Positions 43,072-52,923 of a stretch of DNA of 64,000 nt are shown piece after piece. The DNA lies in contig CAWDQC010000030.1 in NCBI GenBank assembly GCA_963804355.1, positions 33,396 to 97,395 of the forward strand, given 5' to 3'. A program made the position numbers and the translations under genes. The stretch comes from an uncultured Pseudomonadota bacterium. Its GTDB lineage: Bacteria > Desulfobacterota > Binatia > Binatales > Binataceae. Within the stretch, counting starts at the first letter, position 1; the number at the start of each line of letters is the position of its first letter. The notes under the pieces were generated by a model that was not told the DNA's origin, searched no databases, and saw nothing but the letters and a program-made list of their open reading frames with translations.

Positions 43072-44088
43072 CCGTCGCAATAATTCCGTCGGTCGCGGCG
43101 CGGCCGCGATGGTTTCCGATCGATTCGCAATGGGCTCGCGGGAGCTCCAGGCATGCGAATCGGCGCAGCGTCCGTACCCTGCCCCACAAATAAAATTATC
43201 CGCCGCAAATCGCCGATCCGTCAGTTCGCGACGTGGTCGGATTTGTTTCTTTAATTCGTCTGCATGTATCGACGCCGAAGCGCCGCGTCACGGTCCGCCT
43301 GCATCTAAAACTGAGGCCGCGAGTTCCGCATGCGCGACAAACCCCATCCCAGCTTGAAATATCGGTTATATGATTTCTGAACGTTCGCGCCGCGAGGCCT
43401 CGGGCACCTGCTCGCGGTCCATTAGCTCGCCTCATAATCGATGGTTCCGACAACTTGGTATTTTTGTCAGCGAGGCATGGGCACATGATGCTGTCAAGTT
43501 TCGCCAAAAAATCTAATTTCAAGGGGGGCGTTGCCGGACGTTTGCGCACGCGCTAAACACATAGCGTCCGACTAGGGACTGAGAGAGTCTTGGCTGGGGA
43601 ACGTCGCATGGCAAAGGCAACCCAGACGGGGATTAGTCGAGGTTGCCGGCCGCGCGCCATACCATCGAGCCGCTGCTCGGGGAGCGGGATGGAGAGGCGG
43701 GGCGGGAGTCTGAGCAGACCGATGCGTGAAAGAAAGAGTTGCTCATGGCATTGGTCGGTGATCGTAACGGCGGACTGACACGCTGCAAGGTTAGAAGCGC
43801 AGGACATCTATCCGGGCTCGATCAGTTTCGCGCAAGCTCACTGATCTGGCGCGCTCTATCTTTTGAAATTCGAAAAACCCGTGCTGTCGAGATCGACATC
43901 ATCTCGATCGCATGTTGTTCCGCCCCGATGTGTGGCGAAACCAAAGGAGGCTGAGGATGCGAAACGGACCTTTGGTACGCAGGAGCGCCCATGCATCGAG
44001 GGTAACCCAGGCGGCCGCAACCCGCGTCCGCCCGACCGCCGCTTTACGTTCGCGATGCAAGCAGGCATCGCTTACCAAAGACTTACCG

Positions 44089-44652
44089 ATGCCGGATCTG
44101 TCATCATCCGGCGACACCCCGTGCGCACACCTCGAATGCCGCCTGCCGATCAACTTGCGGCAGTTCCTGGCTGAACAAATGGGTCCCGCACTACAGGCAG
44201 AGGACGATAGTCTGCTGAAACTGGCGGCCACCGCCGACCGCGCTACCCTCAGTAAGCTTGCGCGCGCGATTCGACGATATTCGACCGAGCGCGCTCACGA
44301 AGCTTGGGCCGAAAGTGCCGTTGCCCTCTCGCGCTTCATGCCCGCCGAGGGAAACCAGGCCGCGCCTGCCCTGCTATGTCTCAAATGCGGATGCGTGGAT
44401 TTTGCCGCCGATAACGCGAAAACCCATCAGGCTCCCGGTTGTCTTACCGTGAATCTCGAAGCCGCCGCGGTGCCGGCCGGCAAGACCATCTCACGATCGG
44501 CTGCGGAGGCCGCAGTGGCCAATCACCTGCAGCGTTTGATCGAGGAATTCCGCGCCCTGCGTGTGGCTTTCGGATTGCCGCACTTCGAGCTCGATAACTA
44601 CGTCAAGAATCACCAGGTTATCTTTACCTGGCGTCCATTGCCGACCGCCTGA
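44089..44652 (+). CDS. hypothetical protein (orphan by eye)
   Basis: The 187-aa frame from ATG 44089 (MPDLSSSGDTPCAHLECRLP...LLCLKCGCVDFAADN...) has coding-like third-position GC. No motif I recognise and no clear RBS. The upstream part of track ORF 43912.. is Arg-rich and probably non-coding. Confidence 0.4.
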   Translation: MPDLSSSGDTPCAHLECRLPINLRQFLAEQMGPALQAEDDSLLKLAATADRATLSKLARAIRRYSTERAHEAWAESAVALSRFMPAEGNQAAPALLCLKCGCVDFAADNAKTHQAPGCLTVNLEAAAVPAGKTISRSAAEAAVANHLQRLIEEFRALRVAFGLPHFELDNYVKNHQVIFTWRPLPTA

Positions 44653-44669
44653 ACGAAAAGTCGTTCAGG
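44648..44669. other. perfect 9-bp hairpin between the convergent orphan ORF and rpsU
   Basis: CCTGAACGA-aaag-TCGTTCAGG. It contains the TGA of the orphan ORF. There is no U-tract on either side, so terminator function is uncertain. Confidence 0.4.
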
Positions 44670-44757
44670 CCCGCGTGCTACAAACGGGCGGAAGGCCGCG
44701 AGTAGGCTCGATCAGCGACTCGCGAGCGTTCTGCCGAATCTGGACCGGGAAGAGAAG

Positions 44758-44955
44758 CTAGATCGAAGAGGCACGCCTGCGGCGTTGCTCTTTACGGCGG
44801 CGGCGCTGGGCTTCGGAACGTTTGCGTTTTCGTCGAACACTGGGCTTTTCGTAAAAAGCCCGCTTCTTCATCTCCTTAAATACCCCCTCTTTAGCAAGTT
44901 TGCGCTTTAGTACGCGCATCGCTTGATCAAGGGAGCCTTCGACTCTGATTTCCAT
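44758..44955 (-). CDS. rpsU: 30S ribosomal protein S21
   Basis: MEIRVEGSLDQAMRVLKRKLAKEGVFKEMKKRAFYEKPSVRRKRK... is a classic bS21 sequence. Confidence 0.9.
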   Translation of the reverse strand: MEIRVEGSLDQAMRVLKRKLAKEGVFKEMKKRAFYEKPSVRRKRKRSEAQRRRRKEQRRRRASSI

Positions 44956-45114
44956 AGACCTCCATAACGGTTTGATTCAGGCAACCGAGAATAGGGCCGG
45001 TAACATTGAGTGTCAACCGTAGTGCATGACCGGTAAATGCGGCCCGACGGGTAAATCCTGCTCGATTCGTGTACTACTCTGCGGACTTCTCGTAATCAAA
45101 GTAAGGAGACCACG

Positions 45115-45885
45115 ATGGACCTGGGTTTGAACGGTAAGGTCGCGATGATAACCGGCGCCAGCAAAGGGCTCGGACGCGCGATGGCGCAGGCGTTGGCCGC
45201 CGAGGGTGTAGGGCTGAGCATCTGTGCGCGCGGCGCCCAGGAACTCGAACAGGCCGCGACCCACCTCAAAGCCGCCGGTGCAAAGGTGCTCGCCCACCCG
45301 GCCGACGTCAACGACGGTGCCGCGATGCAGGCCTGGGTCGGCGCTACGGTCAAACAGTTCGGTGGCGTTGACGTGCTGGTGAACAACGCCGGCGGTGCCC
45401 GCGTCGGATCGCTCGCACAACTAGACGACGCCGCCTGGCGCGACGCCTTCGACCTCAACTTCTTCTCGGCGGTAAGACTCTCGCGCCTGTGTGCGGCCGA
45501 GATGGAAAAACGCGGTGGCGGCTCGATTATCAATATCAGTTCGATCTACGGGCGCGAGGCCGGAGGTCCGCTGACCTACAACGCCTCCAAAGCCGCGATG
45601 ATCTCTTTCACCAAGATGCTCGCCCGTGAACTCGCGCCCAAGGCCGTCCGGGTTAATGCCGTCGCACCAGGCTCGATCCGCTATCCGGGCGGTATCTGGG
45701 AGGATCTCTTCAAGGCCAATCCGGCTTTCGAGAAAGACTTCGTGGCGCACGAATTTCCTGCCGGACGCCTTGGACGTCCCGACGAAGTGGCTTACGCGGT
45801 CGTGATGCTAGCCTCGCCCAGGGCGAGTTGGATTACCGGCACCTGCGTTCCCGTCGACGGCGCGCAAGGCCGCTCGAATATCTGA
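45115..45885 (+). CDS. SDR family oxidoreductase (FabG-like)
   Basis: ITGASKGLGRAMA cofactor motif and catalytic YNASKAA. Confidence 0.8.
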   Translation: MDLGLNGKVAMITGASKGLGRAMAQALAAEGVGLSICARGAQELEQAATHLKAAGAKVLAHPADVNDGAAMQAWVGATVKQFGGVDVLVNNAGGARVGSLAQLDDAAWRDAFDLNFFSAVRLSRLCAAEMEKRGGGSIINISSIYGREAGGPLTYNASKAAMISFTKMLARELAPKAVRVNAVAPGSIRYPGGIWEDLFKANPAFEKDFVAHEFPAGRLGRPDEVAYAVVMLASPRASWITGTCVPVDGAQGRSNI

Positions 45886-46047
45886 TTTAGATTGTGCGTT
45901 CCCGGGGTTGGAAAGTGCGTTAATACCGGAGGTCTCCACTAATGGAAACGGCGCCCGCGAATGAGGCTCTGCGCGAGGCCGCGCAACGCGCCCTCGCACA
46001 ATCTGACGCGCCATCATCATCGACGATAGCGACGCGGACAGATTGTT

Positions 46048-46437
46048 TTAGTCAAAATGCGCCGTGCCGCCTTCCTGGAGAATGACCGGAATTCCGTCAA
46101 TGTGGTGCGGAAAGAGTCGTCTGGTTTTTTCGGTCAATGGATTAACCTCGAAGATAATGACTGGATGGCCGTGAGCGTCGTGGCCCATCATCATGGCTTT
46201 GCATTCCGGGATTTTGCCGACGTAGTCGTCTCGGTAGAGCTCTACGGTGTTGGCGGCGTCGCGATCTTCGGGGCTTAGCTGCGCGTTCCAGTCGGGATCT
46301 TCGGGACCCTCCGCCTGCACGTATTCGTCGCCTATCGTCTGGGCGGTCGGTTGCGCGTTGTTTCTCTCACCGAGAAAAGCGTGGGCGTTGGTTGCGATTA
46401 GCGCGATCGCTGCGGGCACTATGATTGCCATTTTCAT
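46048..46437 (-). CDS. exported hypothetical protein
   Basis: Signal peptide MKMAIIVPAAIALIATNAHA. An acidic region is followed by a His-rich segment (MMMGHDAHGHPV). No family recognised. Confidence 0.5.
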   Translation of the reverse strand: MKMAIIVPAAIALIATNAHAFLGERNNAQPTAQTIGDEYVQAEGPEDPDWNAQLSPEDRDAANTVELYRDDYVGKIPECKAMMMGHDAHGHPVIIFEVNPLTEKTRRLFPHHIDGIPVILQEGGTAHFD

Positions 46438-46694
46438 CCCAGTTCTTTTCCTCCACTAAGTCGTCGTCACTCGACCGGTACGCCGCTTGTCCAATAGGGC
46501 GTGCGTGCCATCCGCCCCTAATTGCGACTCCAACAAGTCGGATTGGAACGAAAAGCGGTGAGCCAGCAACTTCCACGACAGGCCAAGCTGATAGTGCCCC
46601 CAGATGACGATATCCGCGCTACGAACAGGCTTACCCAGCGGGCTGAGTATAGTCGCTTTCTAAAATTTCGGATGCCGGCTCTTGCTTGCCACTC

Positions 46695-46718
46695 TATCTT
46701 AGATTATATCGTAAGATA
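46695..46718. promoter_or_regulatory. perfect 7-bp inverted repeat (candidate PadR operator) abutting the padR start codon
   Basis: TATCTTA-N10-TAAGATA. The right arm ends in the A of ATG 46718. A possible -35/-10 pair is TTGCTT (46682-46687) and TATATC (46705-46710). Confidence 0.4.
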
Positions 46719-47361
46719 TGTTTAATGAGAGACATCATCTGCATGATTTCTGGCACGGCATCGGCCGTCATCATGGTGCCCGAGGTTCCGGCGGCTTTTT
46801 TGCGGGATTCATGGGCGGAAGAGGATTGGGAGGCGGAAGCTTCCGCACCGGCCGAAAACTCGGCTCGGCGGACCTGCAGTTGATCATACTCGCCCTCCTT
46901 GCCGAAAAGCCGAGCCACGGTTACGAACTGATCAAGTCTTTAGAAGAGCGCTCCGGCGGCTTCTACAGTCCGAGTCCTGGCATGGTCTATCCCGCGCTCA
47001 GCTACCTGGAAGAGATCGGGTACTTGATCGTGGAGGCGGAGGGCACCAAGAAACTCTACAGCATAACCGCTGAGGGTCGTCGCCACCTCGAGGAAAACCG
47101 CGTTGCAATCGAGGCGATCCTGAGCGAACTCGAACGTATTGGCAGCCGGATGGAATACATCCGTCGCGCCTTTGCCGATCATGATCTATCGGGCGATGAG
47201 ACCGACGATTTCGAGCAGGATGCTGCTGCCTCGGAGGATCTTTGGATCGCGCGCCGGCGTCTCAGGATGGCGCTGCACCAGAAAAGACATTGCGCAACCA
47301 CTGAATCTCGACGTATCGCCGCAATTCTAAAGCGAGCAACCGCCAAATCTTGGGCAAATAG
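46718..47361 (+). CDS. PadR family transcriptional regulator, probable frameshift near 47346
   Basis: Winged-helix core LQLIILALLAEKPSHGYELIKSLEERSGGFYSPSPGMVYPALSYLEEIGYL. Adding one A to the AAA run at 47345-47347 gives ...ILKRATAKILGK* and removes the overlap with the GNAT gene. Confidence 0.75.
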
Positions 47362-47400
47362 TCCACGCGTGGACTCAAACCGAAGCACAATCGGCGCGCC

Positions 47401-47913
47401 TCAGGCGCGGGCGATTCCGTAAACCGACACGTTCTTGCCGCGCAATTCGATACGCTCTTCGAGCTTCTCACCCACCCGCTCGGCAACCCTCATCGACGCC
47501 AGGTTGCGCGAATCGATCAGGCTGACGATGTGATTCACTTTGACCACATTGAACGCGTACTCAAGCGCCGCCCGCGCACCCTCGGTCGCGAAGCCGTTGC
47601 CCCATCGCGAACGCGTGAGAGTCCACGCCAGCTCCAGGCTGTACCACCCTTCGGGATTGAGCAGTCCAATTCGTCCGATGAACTTCCCGCTCGATCGCTC
47701 CTCGACCGCCCACAAACCATAGCCGCGCAGTTCCCAATGACCGAGGAATGACGCCATCTGCATCCAGGTCTCTTCTCGAGACCACGGTTTGCCGGCGCCG
47801 AGGTACTTGACGACTTCAGGGTCGGCGTTAAGCACGGCGAACTCGTCGAGATCGTCCTCGCGGAAGGAACGCAACAGCAGCCGCTCGGTTTCGATTGTCG
47901 GGATGGAAATCAT
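47401..47913 (-). CDS. GNAT family N-acetyltransferase (RimJ/RimL-like)
   Basis: TERLLLRSFREDDLDEF...GYGLWAVEERSSGKFIGRIGL...WGNGFATEGARAALEYAF. Confidence 0.8.
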   Translation of the reverse strand: MISIPTIETERLLLRSFREDDLDEFAVLNADPEVVKYLGAGKPWSREETWMQMASFLGHWELRGYGLWAVEERSSGKFIGRIGLLNPEGWYSLELAWTLTRSRWGNGFATEGARAALEYAFNVVKVNHIVSLIDSRNLASMRVAERVGEKLEERIELRGKNVSVYGIARA

Positions 47914-47930
47914 TTTTCCACTTTTGGAAG

Positions 47931-49254
47931 TTAGACGGGTCGGCCGATCAGCGAATGCGAAGTCACGGACTCGATCCGCACGCTTACCGTATCTCCCGTT
48001 TGATTCCCGACACCGCGGGAAACACCGCCGTCTTGAACTGCGGCGTCTTGCCGGCGATCATTCCTTCCCCGCGGCGCGCCGGTCCCTCCACCAGCACCTG
48101 GAACTCCGCACCGATCGTCGCGCGATTGCGCTGCAAGGAAGTCCCTTCCTGCAACGCGATCACCGCCGCCAGACGGCGCGACTTCTCGGCTTCGCTCACC
48201 GAATCGCCGAGCTTGAAAGCGCGGGTATTTTCGCGCACCGAATACTTGAAGGTGAAGGCCGAGTCGTAAGCGACCTCGCGCATCAGCGCCAGCGTTCCTC
48301 GAAGTCGGCCTCCGCCTCGCCATGAAAGCCGACGATAATATCGGTCGAGAGCGCGATTCGCGGAATTGCGCTACGCAACCGCTTCACCAGCTCCAGGTAT
48401 TGCGCGACGTCGTAACCCCGATCCATCAGTCTCAGAATACGGTCCGATCCCGATTGTACCGGCAGATGCAGATACGGCTGGACCTTGGCTTCCGAAGCCA
48501 TCGCGGCAATAACACTATCGCTCATGTCGCTCGGATGCGGCGAGGTGAAGCGAATCCGTTCGATTCCATCGACGGCCGCGACCGCCCGCAACAGCGCGCC
48601 GAAATCGGTGTCGTTCGAGCGGTAGGCGTTGACGGTTTGTCCCAGCAGCACGATCTCTTTCACGCCGCGGTCCGCCAGCGTGGTCACTTCGCGCAGAATA
48701 TCCGCGGGCGGGATACTGCGTTCGCGGCCGCGCACATATGGCACCACGCAGAAAGCGCAGAACTTGTCGCATCCGCGCATCGCGGTGACGTAGGCGCGCA
48801 CCCCGCTCTCGTAGTCCGGCGAGATATCGGCGTAGGTTTCCGCCCGGTCCAGGCGCACGTCCACGGCCGCGTCATAACCCGCGCGTCCGATAAGCTCCGG
48901 CAACCGGCGATAACTGTCGGGGCCCGCGACCAGATCCAGCCACGGCGCCTGCTCGACCAGTCGCGCTCGGTTATGCTGCGCCATACACCCGAGCAGCCCC
49001 AACTTGAGTTCGGGCCGCGATCCCTTGAGCCGCGCCAGATCGCGCAGCCGTCCGAGCACCCGCTCCTCCGCGTGTTCGCGGATAGCGCAGGTGTTAATCA
49101 GGATCACGTCGGCATCTTCGGGACGCACCGCGCTGGCATAGCCGGCCCGTCGCAGCACCGCCGAGACGGTCTGCGAGTCAGCGATATTCATCTGGCAGCC
49201 GTAGGTCTCGAGATAGACGGTTGGCTGCGCTTCGTGTGTGCTCGTCGATCCCAT
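47931..49254 (-). CDS. miaB: tRNA-i6A37 methylthiotransferase, two frameshifts (~48295, ~48000)
   Basis: N-terminal YLETYGCQMN, radical-SAM CDKFCAFCVVP, then ...ADFEE / LALMREVAYDSAFTFKYS...VLVEGP... / GDTVSVRIESVTSHSLIGRPV* (TRAM domain). Confidence 0.85.
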
Positions 49255-49455
49255 CGATGGCTGAAATCCTAAGCTATCGGCCGCCGGTCGCTCAATGCCG
49301 CCCCACCCGCCGCATGCCTTGGGGTCAGTCTGTTACGCGATCCACCTGGCGTCCTGACCTATGCCCCGATCACGGGCGCTTCCATCCCCGAACCGCACAT
49401 ATCAATCCCCGTTGCGACGCGCCGACGACATGTTTATCTTTGCCACAAGTCCAAT

Positions 49456-49659
49456 ATGAACCAGCAACGAAAGCCTGCCTTCGAGCGGATGGAAGCGTCG
49501 CTACTCGCCTGCCCGCGATGCAACCGCGCGGTCAAGGTGCGTAAGCGCCTGCTTCTCGTGCTGCCCGAGGGTGACAAGTACGAGTATGTCTGCCCGCATT
49601 GTGGGTCCACCTGCGGGACCACAGTCGAGCAGGACCCGCAGCTGAACCGGCTGACCTAG
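49456..49659 (+). CDS. small zinc-ribbon protein, function unknown
   Basis: 67 aa with CPRC...CPHC (LLACPRCNRAVKV...YEYVCPHCGSTCG). Confidence 0.45.
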   Translation: MNQQRKPAFERMEASLLACPRCNRAVKVRKRLLLVLPEGDKYEYVCPHCGSTCGTTVEQDPQLNRLT

Positions 49660-49672
49660 CGGTCGGGATTCT

Positions 49673-50107
49673 TCAGCCCATCGCCTGAGCCGACGTCGGC
49701 TCGATTTCGCACAACACGCGCACTTCGCCCGCTTGGCGGAACGGGTACTTCTGTCCGAGGTATTTGTTCGCCAAAGCATCAATGTGAGCGTCTGCACCGC
49801 TCTCAGTGAGTTTTATCACCTTTCCGCGAATCTGCAGGTAGCGGTACGGGTTCTCCGGGTCCATAATCGCCAGTGCCACATTGGCTCCCTCGCGTAGCGT
49901 CCGCGATTTAACCCGTCCGCGCGCGGTATTAACCCGAATCTTACCGTCGGTGTAATCGAACCATATCGGCGTTACCTGCGGGGTCCCATCTTTCAGTACC
50001 GTCGCCAGGTTGGCGAAGGCCTTCTTGGTGCCGAGCAGGTCGACGTATTTATCAGGGATCACTGCCATGGAATCGCTCCTTGAAGACTTGGAATCGTTGG
50101 AGGACAC
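49673..50107 (-). CDS. pyridoxamine 5'-phosphate oxidase family protein (PPOX class, possibly F420-dependent)
   Basis: ...AFANLATVLKDGTPQVTPIWFDYTDGKIRVNTARGRVKSRTLREGANVALAIMDPENPYRYLQIRGKV is the split-barrel pattern. The start may instead be ATG 50068. Confidence 0.65.
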   Translation of the reverse strand: MSSNDSKSSRSDSMAVIPDKYVDLLGTKKAFANLATVLKDGTPQVTPIWFDYTDGKIRVNTARGRVKSRTLREGANVALAIMDPENPYRYLQIRGKVIKLTESGADAHIDALANKYLGQKYPFRQAGEVRVLCEIEPTSAQAMG

Positions 50108-50299
50108 ACAGCCTAGTCCCGACCCTGTTCAAGTCAAGCCGCGAATGGTAATGGCATCAGGTCGGGCGCCGGATGTGGATATCCGTGAACTTTTCTTGAC
50201 CTCTGGATAACAGAAGCCGGCGTCGCCTAACAAAGCCAAATTCGTCCAATGCCGGGAGCGAGTGAAGCCCTTCCACGGTGTGAGCGAATAGCGCAAAAT

Positions 50300-50328
50300 T
50301 TGACTCAAGCGGCTACTTGGACTAATAG
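50300..50328 (+). promoter_or_regulatory. candidate sigma70-type promoter upstream of the bactofilin gene
   Basis: TTGACT (50300-50305), 17 nt spacer, TAATAG (50323-50328). Confidence 0.35.
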
Positions 50329-50397
50329 CGGAACTTAAAGAGACTGGAGATTCACGCGCAGTTTGTGGTCTCCGGAATGGTGTGGGAGGGTATAGCG

Positions 50398-50982
50398 ATG
50401 GCGCTTTTTAACAAAGAACCTGAGAGAAACCTGAGGCCCGAACCGCAGAAGCCCCAGCTTCAGCCCCAGGCCCATCCGCAACCCGCACCCGCCTATCCGC
50501 CCAATGGCCCGACGGTTGTCGCGGTCAACACGCCCCCGGTTGAACCCGTTCCCGCACCCCCGGCGCGTGCCCTCGAAACCAAAGAACAACGAGCCTATCT
50601 GGACAGTGGTTCGAGAATCAGCGGAAAGCTCTCGTTCGACGGCCCGATTCGCATCGACGGCCATGTCGACGGCGAAATTAACGCGAAAGACATCCTCACG
50701 ATCGGCGAAAGCGCGGTCGTCACCGCCCAAATCAGGGCAGGTTCAATCATTGTCGCCGGCAAGGTCAGCGGGGATATCATTGCGGCCCAGCGAATCGAGA
50801 TCAGAACCTCGGCCAAAGTATTAGGGAATCTGACCGCACCCGTGCTGGTCGTCCACGAAGGCGCGATGTTCGAAGGTCACTGCTCGATGCAGTCTGAGGC
50901 GATTCGGGAAGACCGCAAAGTCACCGTCTTTCCGAAGGAAGACCGACCGTTGCAGGCCGCCGGCGGACAAAAGCAGGGCTGA
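50398..50982 (+). CDS. bactofilin (polymer-forming cytoskeletal protein)
   Basis: Pro/Gln-rich N-terminus, then a beta-helical DUF583 pattern ISGKLSFDGPIRIDGHVDGEINAKDILTIGESAVVTAQIRAGSIIVAGKVSGDIIA. RBS GGGAGGG lies 7 nt before ATG 50398. Confidence 0.8.
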   Translation: MALFNKEPERNLRPEPQKPQLQPQAHPQPAPAYPPNGPTVVAVNTPPVEPVPAPPARALETKEQRAYLDSGSRISGKLSFDGPIRIDGHVDGEINAKDILTIGESAVVTAQIRAGSIIVAGKVSGDIIAAQRIEIRTSAKVLGNLTAPVLVVHEGAMFEGHCSMQSEAIREDRKVTVFPKEDRPLQAAGGQKQG

Positions 50983-51332
50983 TCGACCACGAAAGCCTCG
51001 CGGGGCTCGACTCTCTTCCGGGGCACAAGAAGAGAACGCGATACGCATGGAAATGTGGCCGAGATGGCCGCGTTTTCCAGCTGCCATTAGCTCATCCGCC
51101 CGACGACCCGACACGTCTCGACTTAGTAACGATTCAATTCTCCCTTCGGCTCGCCGAAGACGCGGAAAGCCATAGATAGTACCGGACTTCTCCTCAAAAG
51201 CCCCGCCCAGCGAGGATAACGGGACTGGATGGCCTCCCTATCGCGTCACCCGGTAAACGGGCAGTTCCGCAAAGGACTTGCCCTCTATCGCGGTGTCTAC
51301 TACCGTCTCCCTGCGGGAGATAACGTCGTAGA

Positions 51333-51794
51333 ATGCACATACCGCCAGACTGGGGTATATTTTTCGCCCTGATTGCGTCCTTTCTTGCCTTCTGGTTTAT
51401 ATTCGGTTGGCTTTTTTTTGCCCCTTTTCTTAAGTTAATCGGCGATCGGGAGCATCGGCTGAAGGACCTGAACGAGCGCACCGAGCGCTTGCTGCGCGAC
51501 GAAAAGGCCGCGATCGCGGAACGGGAGCGCGCCCTCGCGACAGTGCGGCGAGAATCGCTTGCCCATCGTGAAGCCGAGCGTAAGCGTGCGGAAGAGGAAG
51601 CCGCGAAGATGATCGAAGAGGCCAGGGCCGAGGCGCGGGCCCAGCTTGACCAGGTGCGGGCGGGAATCGAACGGGAATTTGCGGCTGCGGGGCGACAACT
51701 CGAAGAAATGGCGCAGACTTTGGCGGTGGAACTGGCGGGGCGTGTGCTGGGTCGCCGGATCAACGGCAGCGGCCAGGATTCCCTGAATAATTAG
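51333..51794 (+). CDS. F-type ATP synthase Fo subunit b' (b-type paralog)
   Basis: A single N-terminal TM (GIFFALIASFLAFWFIFGWLFFAPF) followed by a long charged coiled coil. First gene of the atp cluster. Confidence 0.75.
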   Translation: MHIPPDWGIFFALIASFLAFWFIFGWLFFAPFLKLIGDREHRLKDLNERTERLLRDEKAAIAERERALATVRRESLAHREAERKRAEEEAAKMIEEARAEARAQLDQVRAGIEREFAAAGRQLEEMAQTLAVELAGRVLGRRINGSGQDSLNN

Positions 51795-52368
51795 ATGAAG
51801 CCACGGATAGGGATCGCAATATTTGCGGGTGCAGTTCTCTGCCCGACCCTCGCCTCTGCGGCAGAGGGGCCGGAAGCGAACGGCAGTTGGTTCTCGCTGA
51901 TCTTTTACGTCATCAACTTTGTCATTTTCTTGTGGATACTGAATCATTACGCCGGCCCGCCCGTGGTAAAATACTTCCGCGATCGCGCTACTGGAATGCG
52001 CGATACGCTGGGACGGGCTGATGCCGCGTTCGAGGAAGCCCAGGATCTGGCCAATCGGGCGGCCGAGCGGATTGCCCGACTGGAGGCCGAAAAGGCCCAG
52101 ATTTCGTCGGATATAGCCGACGAGACCGTCTACCAGGTCGGGAGAATCTACGACCTGGCTCGAGAGACCGTCGCACGGATCAAGCACGATACCGAAACTA
52201 CCGTGACCGCCCTGCAGGAAGCCGCGCAGCGGCGCGTACGGGAGTCGATCGCGGCGGGGGCGGGTTATCTGGCCCGCGAATTGGTCGAAGACAATTTTGT
52301 AGCCGGCCGATCAGAGACGTCTGCTCGACAGCTTTCTCGAGCGCCTGCGCGAGGAGGCCGGCCGATGA
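51795..52368 (+). CDS. atpF: F-type ATP synthase Fo subunit b, one frameshift near 52305
   Basis: TM segment FSLIFYVINFVIFLWIL plus a coiled coil. The corrected C-terminus ...NFVA/ADQRRLLDSFLERLREEAGR* ends in an ATGA overlap with atpH. Confidence 0.75.
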
Positions 52369-52902
52369 AGAGCTCCAAGGTCGCCAAGCGTTACGCGCGC
52401 GCGCTGGCCGGGCTTTCGAACGATACGACCCAGCTCGAAGCTGGGGCGCCGAACTCGAACGCCTGGCGCAGATGGTAGCTTCGCCGATAATCGCCGGGCA
52501 GTTGGCGTCGCCCGAGATTTCGCCTACGGCCAGGGTGCAGGCGCTTGCGCTAATCGCGGAGACGGCTCGGCCTGAGCTTTCCGTTGCGTTCGTTCGGCGA
52601 CGGTCGTCGCGCGGCATGGGCGAATCGAGGACATGCCGGCGATCGCCGACGCCTTTCGGCAGATACTCGACGAATTGATGGGACGCGTGCGGGCGACACT
52701 TATCTTTGCGCGGACACCCTACGATGCCGAACTGGCGCAGGTGATGAGCGGACTCGAGGCGATCTCGCACAAGAAGATCATTCCCACGGTTAAAATCGAC
52801 GAAGCGCTGCTCGGCGGCGTAGTCGTGGAGCTTGAAGGAAAAACCTACGACGGCAGTCTCGCCAACCGGCTTGCCGAGGCGCAGCGCCGTCTTGCCGGCT
52901 AG
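52365..52902 (+). CDS. atpH: F-type ATP synthase subunit delta (OSCP), at least two frameshifts (~52442, ~52585)
   Basis: MKSSKVAKRYARALAGLS...QLEA / WGAELERLAQMVASP...PELSVAF / VVARHGRIEDMPAIADAFRQILDE...EALLGGVVVELEGKTYDGSLANRLAEAQRRL. Confidence 0.8.
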
Positions 52903-52923
52903 GGCGCAAATCGGGACATCTCT

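Noticed and set aside
43072-44088. RNase P RNA, tmRNA, SRP RNA or 6S RNA in the long gene-free region
   Set aside because: I looked on both strands for the hallmark strings: GGAAAGTCCGG plus ACAGAA-CCCGGCTTA for RNase P; a 5' GGGG...TTCGAC, an Ala-Ala-stop tag frame and a 3' ...TCCACCA for tmRNA; and GGAAGCAGCC for SRP. I found none. 6S RNA cannot be excluded by eye, so the region is reported only as unexplained.
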